Source: a virus (Duplodnaviria > Caudoviricetes). From it: 30,964 nucleotides of DNA. The position numbers and the translations under genes were made by a program. This document shows, piece by piece, positions 1 through 9,001 of this stretch. Each line of letters starts with the position of its first letter. The stretch's first letter is position 1. The stretch covers positions 1 through 30,964 of the IMG/VR virus record IMGVR_UViG_3300040985_001478. One strand, 5' to 3'. The notes below the pieces were generated by a model, which did not search any database, was not told the DNA's origin, and saw only the letters and a list, made by a program, of their open reading frames with translations.

Positions 1-836
1 ACCAACCTACCACGAGACTTAGTTTTGATCTCGTTAAGTCTCTCTTTCAACTTAAGCTTCACAAGGGGCTTTTCTTTCAAGTCCTTATTGTTAAGGTCGG
101 ATAAGACGGAATCGAATCTTCCGGCAATCTTATCCTCAGACATCTCCAAGGAAATGTAAAGAACATTCTTACCGTCTAGAATGGCTTGTGCGCCTTGGTT
201 AACAAGATAAAGAGATTTACCTACACCAGGAGGGGCAGCTACCATCGCAAGCTCCTTCCTAGCCAGACCACCCTCTAAGTGCCGATTATGAGTAACAAAG
301 GCTGTTGGAATTAACTGATCCTTCTTGTTGTTTGCATCCCTTTGAAGCCTATCAGATACATCCGTAAAGTAATCCTGCCCTACGTCTACGCTGCGGTTCA
401 CCAGTAGTGCAGACTTAACCAGCTCCTCTACCTCACCCGTGTCTCCATCATTATTAAGGATTCCGACTGCTTTTCTGATTGCCTGCTCCATAGCCTTTTG
501 ACGAGCAAACGTCTCAACTGTATCTAGCAGGAACTCACGATCATCTAGGCATGACTGGTCGAACGAATTGATCTCCGCGATAGTATTTTCGTAATCAATG
601 CCATCCTCAGATGCCCCTGACACATTGTTAAGAACGTAATCGGGGAGAGAGGCATCGGAGGGGAGTTTCCGATACTTGTCGTAATAATTACTGATACCAA
701 CAAACAAGTTCTTGTATGCAGGGAAGTCGAAGAATTCAGGCTTAATTAAAGGCATGATCTCCGAGAAGAACTCAAGGTCGTGCTTTAAAAGATACAGGCA
801 CCCTTTCTTGGTGTTGTCAGAAATGTGATATGGCAT
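1..836 (-). CDS. Replicative helicase, T4 gp41/DnaB-like (3' end truncated by window edge)
   Basis: Not in the ORF track. Manual translation from ATG at 836 gives MPYHISDNTKKG...EGGLARKELAMVAAPPGVGKSLYLVN (Walker A)...NVLYISLEMSEDKIAGRFDS, typical SF4 helicase motifs. The frame stays open to the window edge. Confidence 0.92.
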   Translation of the reverse strand, partial: MPYHISDNTKKGCLYLLKHDLEFFSEIMPLIKPEFFDFPAYKNLFVGISNYYDKYRKLPSDASLPDYVLNNVSGASEDGIDYENTIAEINSFDQSCLDDREFLLDTVETFARQKAMEQAIRKAVGILNNDGDTGEVEELVKSALLVNRSVDVGQDYFTDVSDRLQRDANNKKDQLIPTAFVTHNRHLEGGLARKELAMVAAPPGVGKSLYLVNQGAQAILDGKNVLYISLEMSEDKIAGRFDSVLSDLNNKDLKEKPLVKLKLKERLNEIKTKSRGRL

Positions 837-842
837 AGTTTT

Positions 843-848
843 ATACTA
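843..848 (-). promoter_or_regulatory. Putative -10 element (TAGTAT) of a leaderless helicase transcript
   Basis: TAGTAT lies 6 nt before the ATG, with no SD; same geometry as at 11610, 11628, 12692 and 15691. Confidence 0.5.
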
Positions 849-859
849 GGAGTTGGAGT

Positions 860-1465
860 TTACTTTCTACGAGAAGCTTTTCCAATGGTTCCATCTTTTG
901 TTACGGATCTGTTAATGTTTTTCAAGTTTTGAATTTTGTCTGCTCTTTGCTGATCATTCAGCCTCTTAACCTTACCTTGCTGCCTCAACACTTCGTAATT
1001 AGGTACTACCTTTTTATAGTGCTGCTCTCCTGATTTTACCCGATCTTTCGAAGCTTCGCAAGACTCCTTTAAGAATTGCTCGGCTTGAGCCTTGTCCATG
1101 CCGTCCCTTGCATACCTTTGACGCTCCTTTAAAGACTTGTAAGAATTTCTACCTTCACCTACACTAAAGTAATAGATAGATGCTCTCTTATCCGTCTCCT
1201 TCTTGCAGGTAGGACACTCAATGGTATCGAAATACTCCATGGACCATACCTTTTCATATTTGTGCCAGTAAGTGGAGTCACCATCCCAATCAGGGTAGTA
1301 GTTATAATCTTCAGTTCCGTCATGCTTAGGGACTTTGTCCTCGTGGATTTTTCTACCTACTCTTTTTTCGTAATAGAACAACCCTGTGTCTTCTGAACGC
1401 TCTATGAAGGTAGAGCATTGACCACACTTTTTGCAGTTGTAAGTTTCTAAGATTGCGTCAGTCAT
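860..1465 (-). CDS. Zn-ribbon (CxxC...CxxC) protein, loosely FmdB-like, basic C-terminus
   Basis: YNCKKCG and ECPTCK. Start moved from the track's TTG (1495) to ATG 1465, which overlaps the RNR stop as TAATG. Confidence 0.6.
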   Translation of the reverse strand: MTDAILETYNCKKCGQCSTFIERSEDTGLFYYEKRVGRKIHEDKVPKHDGTEDYNYYPDWDGDSTYWHKYEKVWSMEYFDTIECPTCKKETDKRASIYYFSVGEGRNSYKSLKERQRYARDGMDKAQAEQFLKESCEASKDRVKSGEQHYKKVVPNYEVLRQQGKVKRLNDQQRADKIQNLKNINRSVTKDGTIGKASRRK

Positions 1466-3369
1466 TATGCTCCACACTCCCCGCCAATGTTGCATACTTG
1501 CTCAGGCATCTCCGACTCAACAGTATCTTCAGCAATAACTTTCTTTGCCAACTCAATATTTTCATCAGTTAATGGGAGTGCCTCTAGAGGCTCCATACCT
1601 TTGGACCCGGCTCGATACACCGTCATACCCTTTAAATACGGGGCAAACTTCAGTGCCATTCGAGAGACTTCCTCATGGCTGGCATCTTCCGGCAGGTTGA
1701 TGGTCTTACTAATTGCGTTATCGGTATATCGCTGGATACAAGCTTGGACTGCCATATGCTCTTCCGTTCTAACATCATAAGCACCTACGATATGCCTGCC
1801 ATCACTACCATTCATTAAAGCTTCCTTAAACATAGGGTCTAATACTAGAGTTTGCTTCCAAGTGTTTCCTTCACGGTATCTGCGGTTATACATAGGAGCA
1901 AAGATAGGCTCAATACCCGTAGAAACCCCGTGAACCATACTTACAGTCCCCGTAGGAGCGGCAGTAAGCATCACAGCATTGCGAATACCAAACTCCTTGA
2001 TAAGCATCCGAATACGAGCAGGGAGCGTTTTAGCGAACTCCTCTGATAGGTATTTCTTGGAGTTAAACTCAGGGAAGGAACCCTTCTCACGAGCAATATA
2101 CATCGAAGCCAAGTAAGACTCATCACGGATAGTAGCGTAAAGACGATCTAAGAACTCAATGCACTTCTCACTTCCGTATTTAATACCAAGTTTAATCAGC
2201 ATGTGGTGAAGACCCATAGTCCCAAGACCAATACGACGGGATCTCTCCCCAGCAATCTTGCACTCTTCAATAGGGTAGTGATTGACCGTAAGAACATTAT
2301 CGAGGAATCTAATACCTGTTCGAATAGTCTTAGCCAATCGAGGCCAATCAATATCCTTACCTTCCTCATCTATCATATTAGAAAGATTAACATGACCAAG
2401 GCAGCAATTAGCATATGAGTCCAAAGGAATCTCTCCACAAGGGTTAGTGGCATTCATCTCAAGGAAGTACGACATATTGGTGTATCTGTTCGTCAACGAT
2501 ACGTTAAAGATACCCGGCTCACCTGACTTGACTGCGTTTTCCCACAAACGATCCCATAACTCGATAGCAGAGAACTTAATCTCTTGAACATCTTCAAACT
2601 TATCATCCCAAAGACGAAGATGGTGCTGCTTTGCTCTCTCCAAAGCATCCTCTTCCGAAAGAGCCACAATGTTAATTATCTCGCTGTGACCATCGCTAGA
2701 AATACGATTCGCTTGGTAAACAAGATAAACTTTATTGTTGAAATTAAACTCCCAATTATCACCATTCTCACAAGCTTCAATAAACTTATCAGTAATGGCT
2801 ACTGAAATATTGAAATTAGTTAACTGAGAAAGATCCAACTTAACGTGTAAAAACTCCAGAAGATCAGGATGATCGACGTTAAGTTCAGCCATGAGTGCGG
2901 TTCTTCTATTTTTTCCTGCTTTAACATGATTTCCAATCTCATTAATCATTTGCATAACCGACACAGATCCTGGTGCCGAGTTCTTCACATTCCCAACATC
3001 ATCGCCCTTGGGCCGGATCTTTGAGAAATTAAATCCAATACCACCTCCACCACAGGAGATGCGATACATGTCTTGAATAGTCTTACCAATGGACTCTACA
3101 GTATCTTCAGGTTCGATCACATAACAGTTTAAAAGGTTCTGGTGATTCCTACCTGATCCGTAAATAATACGACCACCGGGAACCAAATCACCAGTGCTCA
3201 AGGCATCATAAAACCTCTTCTCATACTTCTCTACGTCCTCTTCCTTCTCAGCAGAAGCTACATGCTTTGCCATTGCCTTGGAACGCTCTGAGTATTTCGT
3301 TTCGCCTGGGTAGGCGTAACGCTGCATGAAAATTTCTTGACCCAGACCCTCTAGATTCTTAATTGCCAT
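1465..3369 (-). CDS. nrdJ: Class II (adenosylcobalamin-dependent) ribonucleotide reductase
   Basis: PGGRI, LNCYV, GGGIG, TNPCGEIPL, CCLGHVNL, RRIGLG, APTGT and SKTIN are present. KGMTVYR lacks the class I YY pair; C-terminal Cys pair CNIGGEC; no nrdB in the window. Confidence 0.9.
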   Translation of the reverse strand: MAIKNLEGLGQEIFMQRYAYPGETKYSERSKAMAKHVASAEKEEDVEKYEKRFYDALSTGDLVPGGRIIYGSGRNHQNLLNCYVIEPEDTVESIGKTIQDMYRISCGGGGIGFNFSKIRPKGDDVGNVKNSAPGSVSVMQMINEIGNHVKAGKNRRTALMAELNVDHPDLLEFLHVKLDLSQLTNFNISVAITDKFIEACENGDNWEFNFNNKVYLVYQANRISSDGHSEIINIVALSEEDALERAKQHHLRLWDDKFEDVQEIKFSAIELWDRLWENAVKSGEPGIFNVSLTNRYTNMSYFLEMNATNPCGEIPLDSYANCCLGHVNLSNMIDEEGKDIDWPRLAKTIRTGIRFLDNVLTVNHYPIEECKIAGERSRRIGLGTMGLHHMLIKLGIKYGSEKCIEFLDRLYATIRDESYLASMYIAREKGSFPEFNSKKYLSEEFAKTLPARIRMLIKEFGIRNAVMLTAAPTGTVSMVHGVSTGIEPIFAPMYNRRYREGNTWKQTLVLDPMFKEALMNGSDGRHIVGAYDVRTEEHMAVQACIQRYTDNAISKTINLPEDASHEEVSRMALKFAPYLKGMTVYRAGSKGMEPLEALPLTDENIELAKKVIAEDTVESEMPEQVCNIGGECGA

Positions 3370-4960
3370 TGGTAATCTTACTTATTCCTTTCTTCTTTAC
3401 AACTGTAATACTTTGCGAGTCTCCCATCAAATCTTGTAACAAACTGTTATGCGTAATTACAAGAACTTTCTTCTCAGGGTTGTGGGAGTTCAACGTCAAG
3501 AGAAGATTGTTAACAGCCAAGATTCCAGGGTCATCTAAGTTATCACAAACCTCGTCAAAGAACAAGAGATTGCAATCTGTTCTAGAGATTTTAGAGCTTA
3601 AATCTTGGAGAGCTAACATTATAGACAGGTTAACCTTCCTTTTCTCACCTCCAGATAAAGAAATATACTTAGTAGGGATTCCGTTGTTAATTATCGTTTC
3701 GGAAAGTTCGTCGTTAAACTTTAAAGAGAATTGATTGTTGGTTAGAATCGAAACATATTCATTAGATTTTAAATTAAAGTAATCCAAGATATTCCTAATA
3801 ATATAACGAATTAATCCCTTCTCGGAGAATGCGGTCTCCCAGAACTTCATAACTTCCAACAATGACTCTAGGTTACTTTTACTCTGATAATACTCTTCAA
3901 GCAAAGAGGTAACTTGACTTAGTCTATGTATGCTGCTTTGAGCATTTTCGATCTGTTTATTTTTCTTATTATATTTGGCCCATTCTGATGAAGAAATATC
4001 GGGCATTAAAGAATTATTAACATCTTTTAAAGATTGGATTTTCTCTTCCTTATCTGAGATATTATCGGACAAAGATCGTGATTCCTGGGTGAAGCCCTTA
4101 ATATCATTCAAGCTTTGAGACTTTTTAAATGAGTTCTTGCAGACAGGGCAGTCCTTTTCAGTCTCATATACACCCTCTTTAATTGAGTCGTTCACCCTTC
4201 TGAGCTTATCCCTTTCCTTCTTAGAAGCTCTCTGTATATCTCTAATCTCGCGATCATTATGAGCTATTTTAGATTCTGAATCTAGGATAGATTCGAGACT
4301 AGGAAGGGTGACCAATTTATACTTCTTGTCAGGGAGATTACCCTCTAGCTCCTTCTTCTCTTTAGCCAGATTATCTATCAGAGCGGTTATCACTTTAAGT
4401 TCTCCTTGGTATGAAGACTTTAAGTATTTAACCGATGATCTCTTAGAAAATAGATCATCCAAATTAAAACAATTCTTAATAATCTTACGCTTATCCTCAG
4501 GGCTTGAGTCTAAGAACGTGAAGGATGCATGTTGGCCGAATACGACTGATGCCAAAAAGGATTTGTAATCAGTCTCTAACAACGATTCAAGGCTAGACTG
4601 AATCTCTGAGGTTCTCTCCCCCTTTATCTCTTTACCGTCTACAGTAACTACCAATGAAGAGGGCTTCTTAGATCTCGTAATCACTACAGACCCTACTCCC
4701 GGCTTCTCTAACATAACCGTTACAGAGCAATCAGATCCCGCTTGAGAGTTTATCAGAGCAGCATCGGTAGACTTGCGAATTGTAGTGCCAAATAAGCCCC
4801 AAGTGATAGCTTCAAAAATTGCACTCTTACCAGCACCATTAGATCCTGATGAATCTTTGTTTTTCCCTAAAATCCTTACAACCCCTGAGAAAGGGGAAAG
4901 ATCTAGTTCTAAGCTTTTAAAAGAGTAGAAATTATTAGCCGAGATCTTCTGTATCTGCAT
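3359..4960 (-). CDS. SbcC/Rad50-like ATPase (T4 gp46-like recombination nuclease subunit)
   Basis: Walker A GSNGAGKS, Zn hook CPVC within a coiled coil, signature LSGGE, Walker B LLFFDE, H-loop VITH. Confidence 0.93.
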   Translation of the reverse strand: MQIQKISANNFYSFKSLELDLSPFSGVVRILGKNKDSSGSNGAGKSAIFEAITWGLFGTTIRKSTDAALINSQAGSDCSVTVMLEKPGVGSVVITRSKKPSSLVVTVDGKEIKGERTSEIQSSLESLLETDYKSFLASVVFGQHASFTFLDSSPEDKRKIIKNCFNLDDLFSKRSSVKYLKSSYQGELKVITALIDNLAKEKKELEGNLPDKKYKLVTLPSLESILDSESKIAHNDREIRDIQRASKKERDKLRRVNDSIKEGVYETEKDCPVCKNSFKKSQSLNDIKGFTQESRSLSDNISDKEEKIQSLKDVNNSLMPDISSSEWAKYNKKNKQIENAQSSIHRLSQVTSLLEEYYQSKSNLESLLEVMKFWETAFSEKGLIRYIIRNILDYFNLKSNEYVSILTNNQFSLKFNDELSETIINNGIPTKYISLSGGEKRKVNLSIMLALQDLSSKISRTDCNLLFFDEVCDNLDDPGILAVNNLLLTLNSHNPEKKVLVITHNSLLQDLMGDSQSITVVKKKGISKITNGN

Positions 4961-5993
4961 GTTCTTTGATTAGGTTTAAGCCTTCTTCTAACTTTGAAGT
5001 AGGTATTTGAGAGGCTTGTTCCTCAATATACTTTTTAATTACATCACCATCAATAGTAGTTAAGGGAGTGTTTGGATCGTAATTAGATAAGCGGTTATTC
5101 AAATCTGCATTATATACAGGTTTAAATTTGAGGTCTACAAATCCAACTTTAAATTCTTTCTCTATCTCAGATCTAAGAATGTTAGGAGGAGTCTCAGTAA
5201 ACTTATCAATCAATACCCTAAGCATTGTAAAGTAGTTAGTGTCAGAAATATCCTCTCTCATCGGATCTAAAGCATCATAAGGAGCTTCATAATATCGGGG
5301 TCCTATAGATGTTTTAACTGTCTTTAAAGCTCCCCACCCATCTTTAGTCTTATTAAGAATTCCTACATAATGATCGTAGTCACATTCCCCGTAATTAGTA
5401 GACCAGGGAGTGCCTAGTATTGTAACTTTATCTTCTTTGAGATATTTGTGAATATGTCCTAGGATAGTGCGACACTTAAAGTCGCTAGACTTCAGACTAG
5501 ATTCATATCCATATATTTCAAAGCATTCTGGGGTATAGCTGAAGTGCCCAAATGCAATAGTCCTTCTGTTAGGGGCAGAGGCTAAATGCTTCTTAATAAC
5601 CTCCTCATCCTCGTAATGGGGGATAAAGAGCATATTCAACTCCTCATCTAAATAGGTTTGGGTTACAACCTTAACCTTAGAACCTGGATATTCTAAGACC
5701 TCTAAAGAGGTTAGCCCATCGTCACTCCTATTTTGAGAGTCGTGATTACCTCTAAGAACATAGATATTAGATAATCCTGGGACCGTAGTCGCCAGTCTTT
5801 TAAACATCTTATGAACCCCTACAACAACCTCAGGGGTTGGCTTTCGGTGATGGAAGATATCCCCTAGAAATACAAGATACTTAGGAGAGTGCTCCTTAAC
5901 TATCTTAACAGTAGATTCTAGTTGATTCTTTAAATACCCATCACATTTAACATCGTAGTGAGTATCTCCTATGATGAGACACTTATCCGTCAT
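4935..5993 (-). CDS. SbcD/Mre11-like metallophosphoesterase nuclease (T4 gp47-like)
   Basis: IIGDTH, GDIFH, GNHD and GHIH motifs; adjacent to the SbcC gene. Confidence 0.92.
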   Translation of the reverse strand: MTDKCLIIGDTHYDVKCDGYLKNQLESTVKIVKEHSPKYLVFLGDIFHHRKPTPEVVVGVHKMFKRLATTVPGLSNIYVLRGNHDSQNRSDDGLTSLEVLEYPGSKVKVVTQTYLDEELNMLFIPHYEDEEVIKKHLASAPNRRTIAFGHFSYTPECFEIYGYESSLKSSDFKCRTILGHIHKYLKEDKVTILGTPWSTNYGECDYDHYVGILNKTKDGWGALKTVKTSIGPRYYEAPYDALDPMREDISDTNYFTMLRVLIDKFTETPPNILRSEIEKEFKVGFVDLKFKPVYNADLNNRLSNYDPNTPLTTIDGDVIKKYIEEQASQIPTSKLEEGLNLIKEHADTEDLG

Positions 5994-6775
5994 AAGTCTT
6001 CCTTAGATAGTCCGAGCTTGCAAAGATCATCCTTTACTAGTTCGTAAATACCTTCTGCTAACTGTTGAATCTCCCACTGTGCGTCCGACTTTAATCTTTG
6101 ATGTAAGAACCAGATTACACTCTGAAGGCTAATCGTCCACGTAGCCTTAGTATACATGTATTGGGGCAGTATACCTCTCGCCATTTCTTTTGCGACTCCA
6201 TTGTCAACGAGCCTTTGATAGAGGTAGATGGCTCGTCTGCATTGATCCTCCATATGCTCTTGAAGTTCACCCTCATAAAGGTACCCCATAGCATACTCGT
6301 CCATGGGATTAATATACTCCCCTGAGGACTGCTTATTTCCATGCCCTGGATTAGACCTCATCTTGGAGGGAATATAATAATCATTGGAAGTTTGCGTATA
6401 CCTACCTGAGACCTCATTCCAAGAGCATCCCTTATCTACATCATAAATATGATCAAACTCCTCAATGGTAATCTCTTCCCCGTTAACCTCAGTAGTCCTA
6501 AAAGTGGACCCCACCTGATACTTCATCAGTTGCCTAGCTATAATAAGAGGTAGCTTAATCTGAAAAGTATAGTAGGAATGTCGGAAAGGGCTAGTATGCT
6601 CATGTGTCCATAGGAACTTAGTGAGCTTCTTATCCTTGTCCGTAAACTCATCCTTTTCTGTGTCGTAAGATACCCTAGCAGCATTTGTTACCTTAAGGGC
6701 ATGATCGTGTTTCATCTTGTCGATAAGGGACACAAAACTTTTATTATCTTGCAGGAAGTCTATTTTATCAGTCAT
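5990..6775 (-). CDS. thyX: Flavin-dependent thymidylate synthase
   Basis: NAARVSY, HTSPF, ARQLMKYQVG, WNEVSGRY, GVAKEMARGILP and AQWEIQQLA motifs. Confidence 0.92.
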   Translation of the reverse strand: MTDKIDFLQDNKSFVSLIDKMKHDHALKVTNAARVSYDTEKDEFTDKDKKLTKFLWTHEHTSPFRHSYYTFQIKLPLIIARQLMKYQVGSTFRTTEVNGEEITIEEFDHIYDVDKGCSWNEVSGRYTQTSNDYYIPSKMRSNPGHGNKQSSGEYINPMDEYAMGYLYEGELQEHMEDQCRRAIYLYQRLVDNGVAKEMARGILPQYMYTKATWTISLQSVIWFLHQRLKSDAQWEIQQLAEGIYELVKDDLCKLGLSKEDL

Positions 6776-6793
6776 ATTTTATGAAAAGAAGAG

Positions 6794-6799
6794 TAAATA
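6794..6799 (+). promoter_or_regulatory. Putative late promoter core TAAATA upstream of ORF 6832
   Basis: Matches the core of the T4 late promoter TATAAATA; recurs upstream of structural genes. Confidence 0.4.
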
Positions 6800-6831
6800 A
6801 CTATAGCATTATAGGCTGTAGGTAACAAGTT

Positions 6832-8709
6832 ATGAGCACTAAAAACACAAAAGACAACAGAATCTCCAATCAACTAAGCGAAGACCTTTTAGATGAGATA
6901 GACTTTAAATTAGAAGAAAATGAGTTTTTTAATTACCTTTACGAACAAGGTATTGATGCTGAAAAACTTACAGAAGAAGAATTAGATGAGCTATTTGGCT
7001 TTGGTATGGATAGACAAACTTCTAGAGATGCTGCTAGAGACTCTCGAATGGCATCAAAGGAACGAAGAAGGAAACGAGGAATTCAAAGCGATGCTCAATC
7101 CTCCCGTCAACGCAGAAGACAGGCAATGAAGGATCGTGTTGCTAGCCTAAGCAAGAAAAAACCCGAGGGTCCATATAGAGGCAGCAATTTTACTGATGAA
7201 GACTATAAAAAGCTAGGAGAAACGCCCCCAGTGGCTAAGGCTCCGACTCTAAAAAAGACTCCGACTCCAAAAGAGACTCCGACTCCAAGAGGAAGATTCA
7301 ATCCTACCACAGGAAGAGGAGGTGACAACATGATCAGACCTTCTGTTCGTGCCAAAAGACTAAAGTCTAGACAAGGAACCGCAAAAGCAAAGGCTGCAAG
7401 CAAATTATATAACCCGAGTATGGCAGGTGGGACATCATCAAACACAATCGCTGCCAGCACTGACCTCGTTCGTGGTGCTCGTTTAGCGTTAGCAGAAGCT
7501 TGTTGGAAAGGCTATAAGGCTAGAGGGTTAAAAAAAAAATCCGGTAAGTTAGTCCCTAACTGTGTTAAAGAAAACAATAAAAACCTAAGTGTTAATGATC
7601 AGTTAGACCAAATGGATGCAGATCGAGCAGCTCGGCAAGCGAAAGTAAAAAAAATGAAGGAACCAGGAGGACCTCTTAGCACCCATCCGAAAGACATGAC
7701 ACCCCGAGGAGCAGATGGAACTCCTAAAACCTACAAAACCCAAAGCCCTTCCACCAAAACCCAAAGCCCTTCCACCAAAACCCAAAACTCTTCCACAGAA
7801 CTCGTTAGAAACTCTCGAATAGCTCTTGCTGAGAGGGTTTTAAGTGAAATCACCCGTTCTGAAGAGCATAGACTGTCGAAGGGTGGTGTTACAACAAATG
7901 CCATTAAGGCCGAAAGAGCTAAACGAAGGAAGACTGATCCAAAAGCTCAAAGGTATAGGGCGCGGGGTGTGACGCGATCACGAGGGAAAGAGGATGATAA
8001 CCCAGCGGCAGGCCATATCCGACGTTTGGCAGGACAAAAAGCAGAAACCAAACGACAGAATAAAAAATACGCTGATGCCAGAGCCGCAGGTAACGTCACA
8101 AAGGTAGTGACGGCTTCAGACAGCACAGAAATCATTAAGAAGGGTCGAATGGCTCTTGCTGAAAGGGTTTTAGAGGCGCGGCTTGGGAAAGCTCCAGTCG
8201 ATACGAAAAATCCTAAGAATAGAGTAAAGCTTATGAAGAAGGGTGCTAAAGCTGTTAAGAGCAGAGCAGATAATGTTGTCAACAAGGCAGCAGCACCTAA
8301 GGAAGAAGAACCACAACCAACGGTAAAAGCCACCAAACATAGTTCAGAAGGACCACTGGGCTATAGTAGATCAAATACATTGGACCACACAATGGCTGCC
8401 CACCGCACTAGATCAGGAGAACCCGTACCAAATCCAAGATCTACTAAAAGTTCTACAACTGCCCATGGTGGGAAAGCAGGTAGCGAAGAGAATAAGGTTA
8501 ACAGAGCAACCCCGGACGAAATCAATAGATCTAGATCAGATAATCCAGGTGAAGTGTTTAAGAGAGCAGGAAAGCAAAAACCCAAGGAACCAGCAGCATT
8601 TGGAACCTCTAAGAGAGCAGTTAATAGAGCTAAGAAAAAAGCTGCTAAGAAGAAGGTTTCAAACTACGCGGATGAGGTGGTGAGTGACCTTACGCCAAAA
8701 GACTATTAG
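6832..8709 (+). CDS. Highly basic modular protein, probable capsid-packaged internal protein processed by the prohead protease
   Basis: Acidic N-terminus with LxE sites (LSE, LDE, LEE, LYE, LTEEELDE), K/R-rich low-complexity segments, three copies of ST(D/E)(L/I)(V/I)(R/K)xxRxALAE and a CWKGY...GKLVPNCV motif. Confidence 0.6.
   Translation: MSTKNTKDNRISNQLSEDLLDEIDFKLEENEFFNYLYEQGIDAEKLTEEELDELFGFGMDRQTSRDAARDSRMASKERRRKRGIQSDAQSSRQRRRQAMKDRVASLSKKKPEGPYRGSNFTDEDYKKLGETPPVAKAPTLKKTPTPKETPTPRGRFNPTTGRGGDNMIRPSVRAKRLKSRQGTAKAKAASKLYNPSMAGGTSSNTIAASTDLVRGARLALAEACWKGYKARGLKKKSGKLVPNCVKENNKNLSVNDQLDQMDADRAARQAKVKKMKEPGGPLSTHPKDMTPRGADGTPKTYKTQSPSTKTQSPSTKTQNSSTELVRNSRIALAERVLSEITRSEEHRLSKGGVTTNAIKAERAKRRKTDPKAQRYRARGVTRSRGKEDDNPAAGHIRRLAGQKAETKRQNKKYADARAAGNVTKVVTASDSTEIIKKGRMALAERVLEARLGKAPVDTKNPKNRVKLMKKGAKAVKSRADNVVNKAAAPKEEEPQPTVKATKHSSEGPLGYSRSNTLDHTMAAHRTRSGEPVPNPRSTKSSTTAHGGKAGSEENKVNRATPDEINRSRSDNPGEVFKRAGKQKPKEPAAFGTSKRAVNRAKKKAAKKKVSNYADEVVSDLTPKDY
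7241..7288 (+). repeat. 18-bp in-frame tandem repeat (about 2.7 copies, ctccgactc core; xPTxKx)
   Basis: ctccgactc occurs at 7241, 7259 and 7277. Confidence 0.8.
7735..7797 (+). repeat. 21-bp in-frame tandem repeat x3 (KTQSPST, KTQSPST, KTQNSST)
   Basis: aaaacccaaagcccttccacc at 7735 and 7756; degenerate copy at 7777. Confidence 0.9.
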
Positions 8710-8738
8710 GATCCGATTTAGAAAAGTCTACAGTTAAG

Positions 8739-8744
8739 TAAATA
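8739..8744 (+). promoter_or_regulatory. Putative late promoter TAAATA, 5 nt before ATG 8750
   Basis: gTAAATAtaatcATG, with no SD. Confidence 0.45.
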
Positions 8745-8749
8745 TAATC

Positions 8750-9001
8750 ATGGCTTTAGCAAATTACATCCAAACAAGTTTCCCCATACAGGCAGAGCAG
8801 TTTGAAGTGTCTCGTACTCCTTGGCCCACAGGTGTTACTCTAGATGAAGAAAGTGGGATCTACTATATTGCTACAGAAATAGGTACCGTTGTAATAGAAG
8901 ATAGTGACTGGGTTGTGATCAACGAAGGGCGCACTAGAGTATGGACAGATCCTAACTTTAATTACGCATTCACTCCAGAAACTACTTTACCGGATCCATA
9001 G
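8750..9001 (+). CDS. Small hypothetical phage protein
   Basis: The pattern IQAEQF...IATEIG...DSDWVV resembles a common small phage beta domain (IxTxEG...GDWII); resemblance only. Confidence 0.65.
   Translation: MALANYIQTSFPIQAEQFEVSRTPWPTGVTLDEESGIYYIATEIGTVVIEDSDWVVINEGRTRVWTDPNFNYAFTPETTLPDP

Noticed and set aside
1465-3369. Class Ia NrdA assignment
   Set aside because: Lacks the C-terminal YY radical-transfer pair, and no beta subunit is adjacent.
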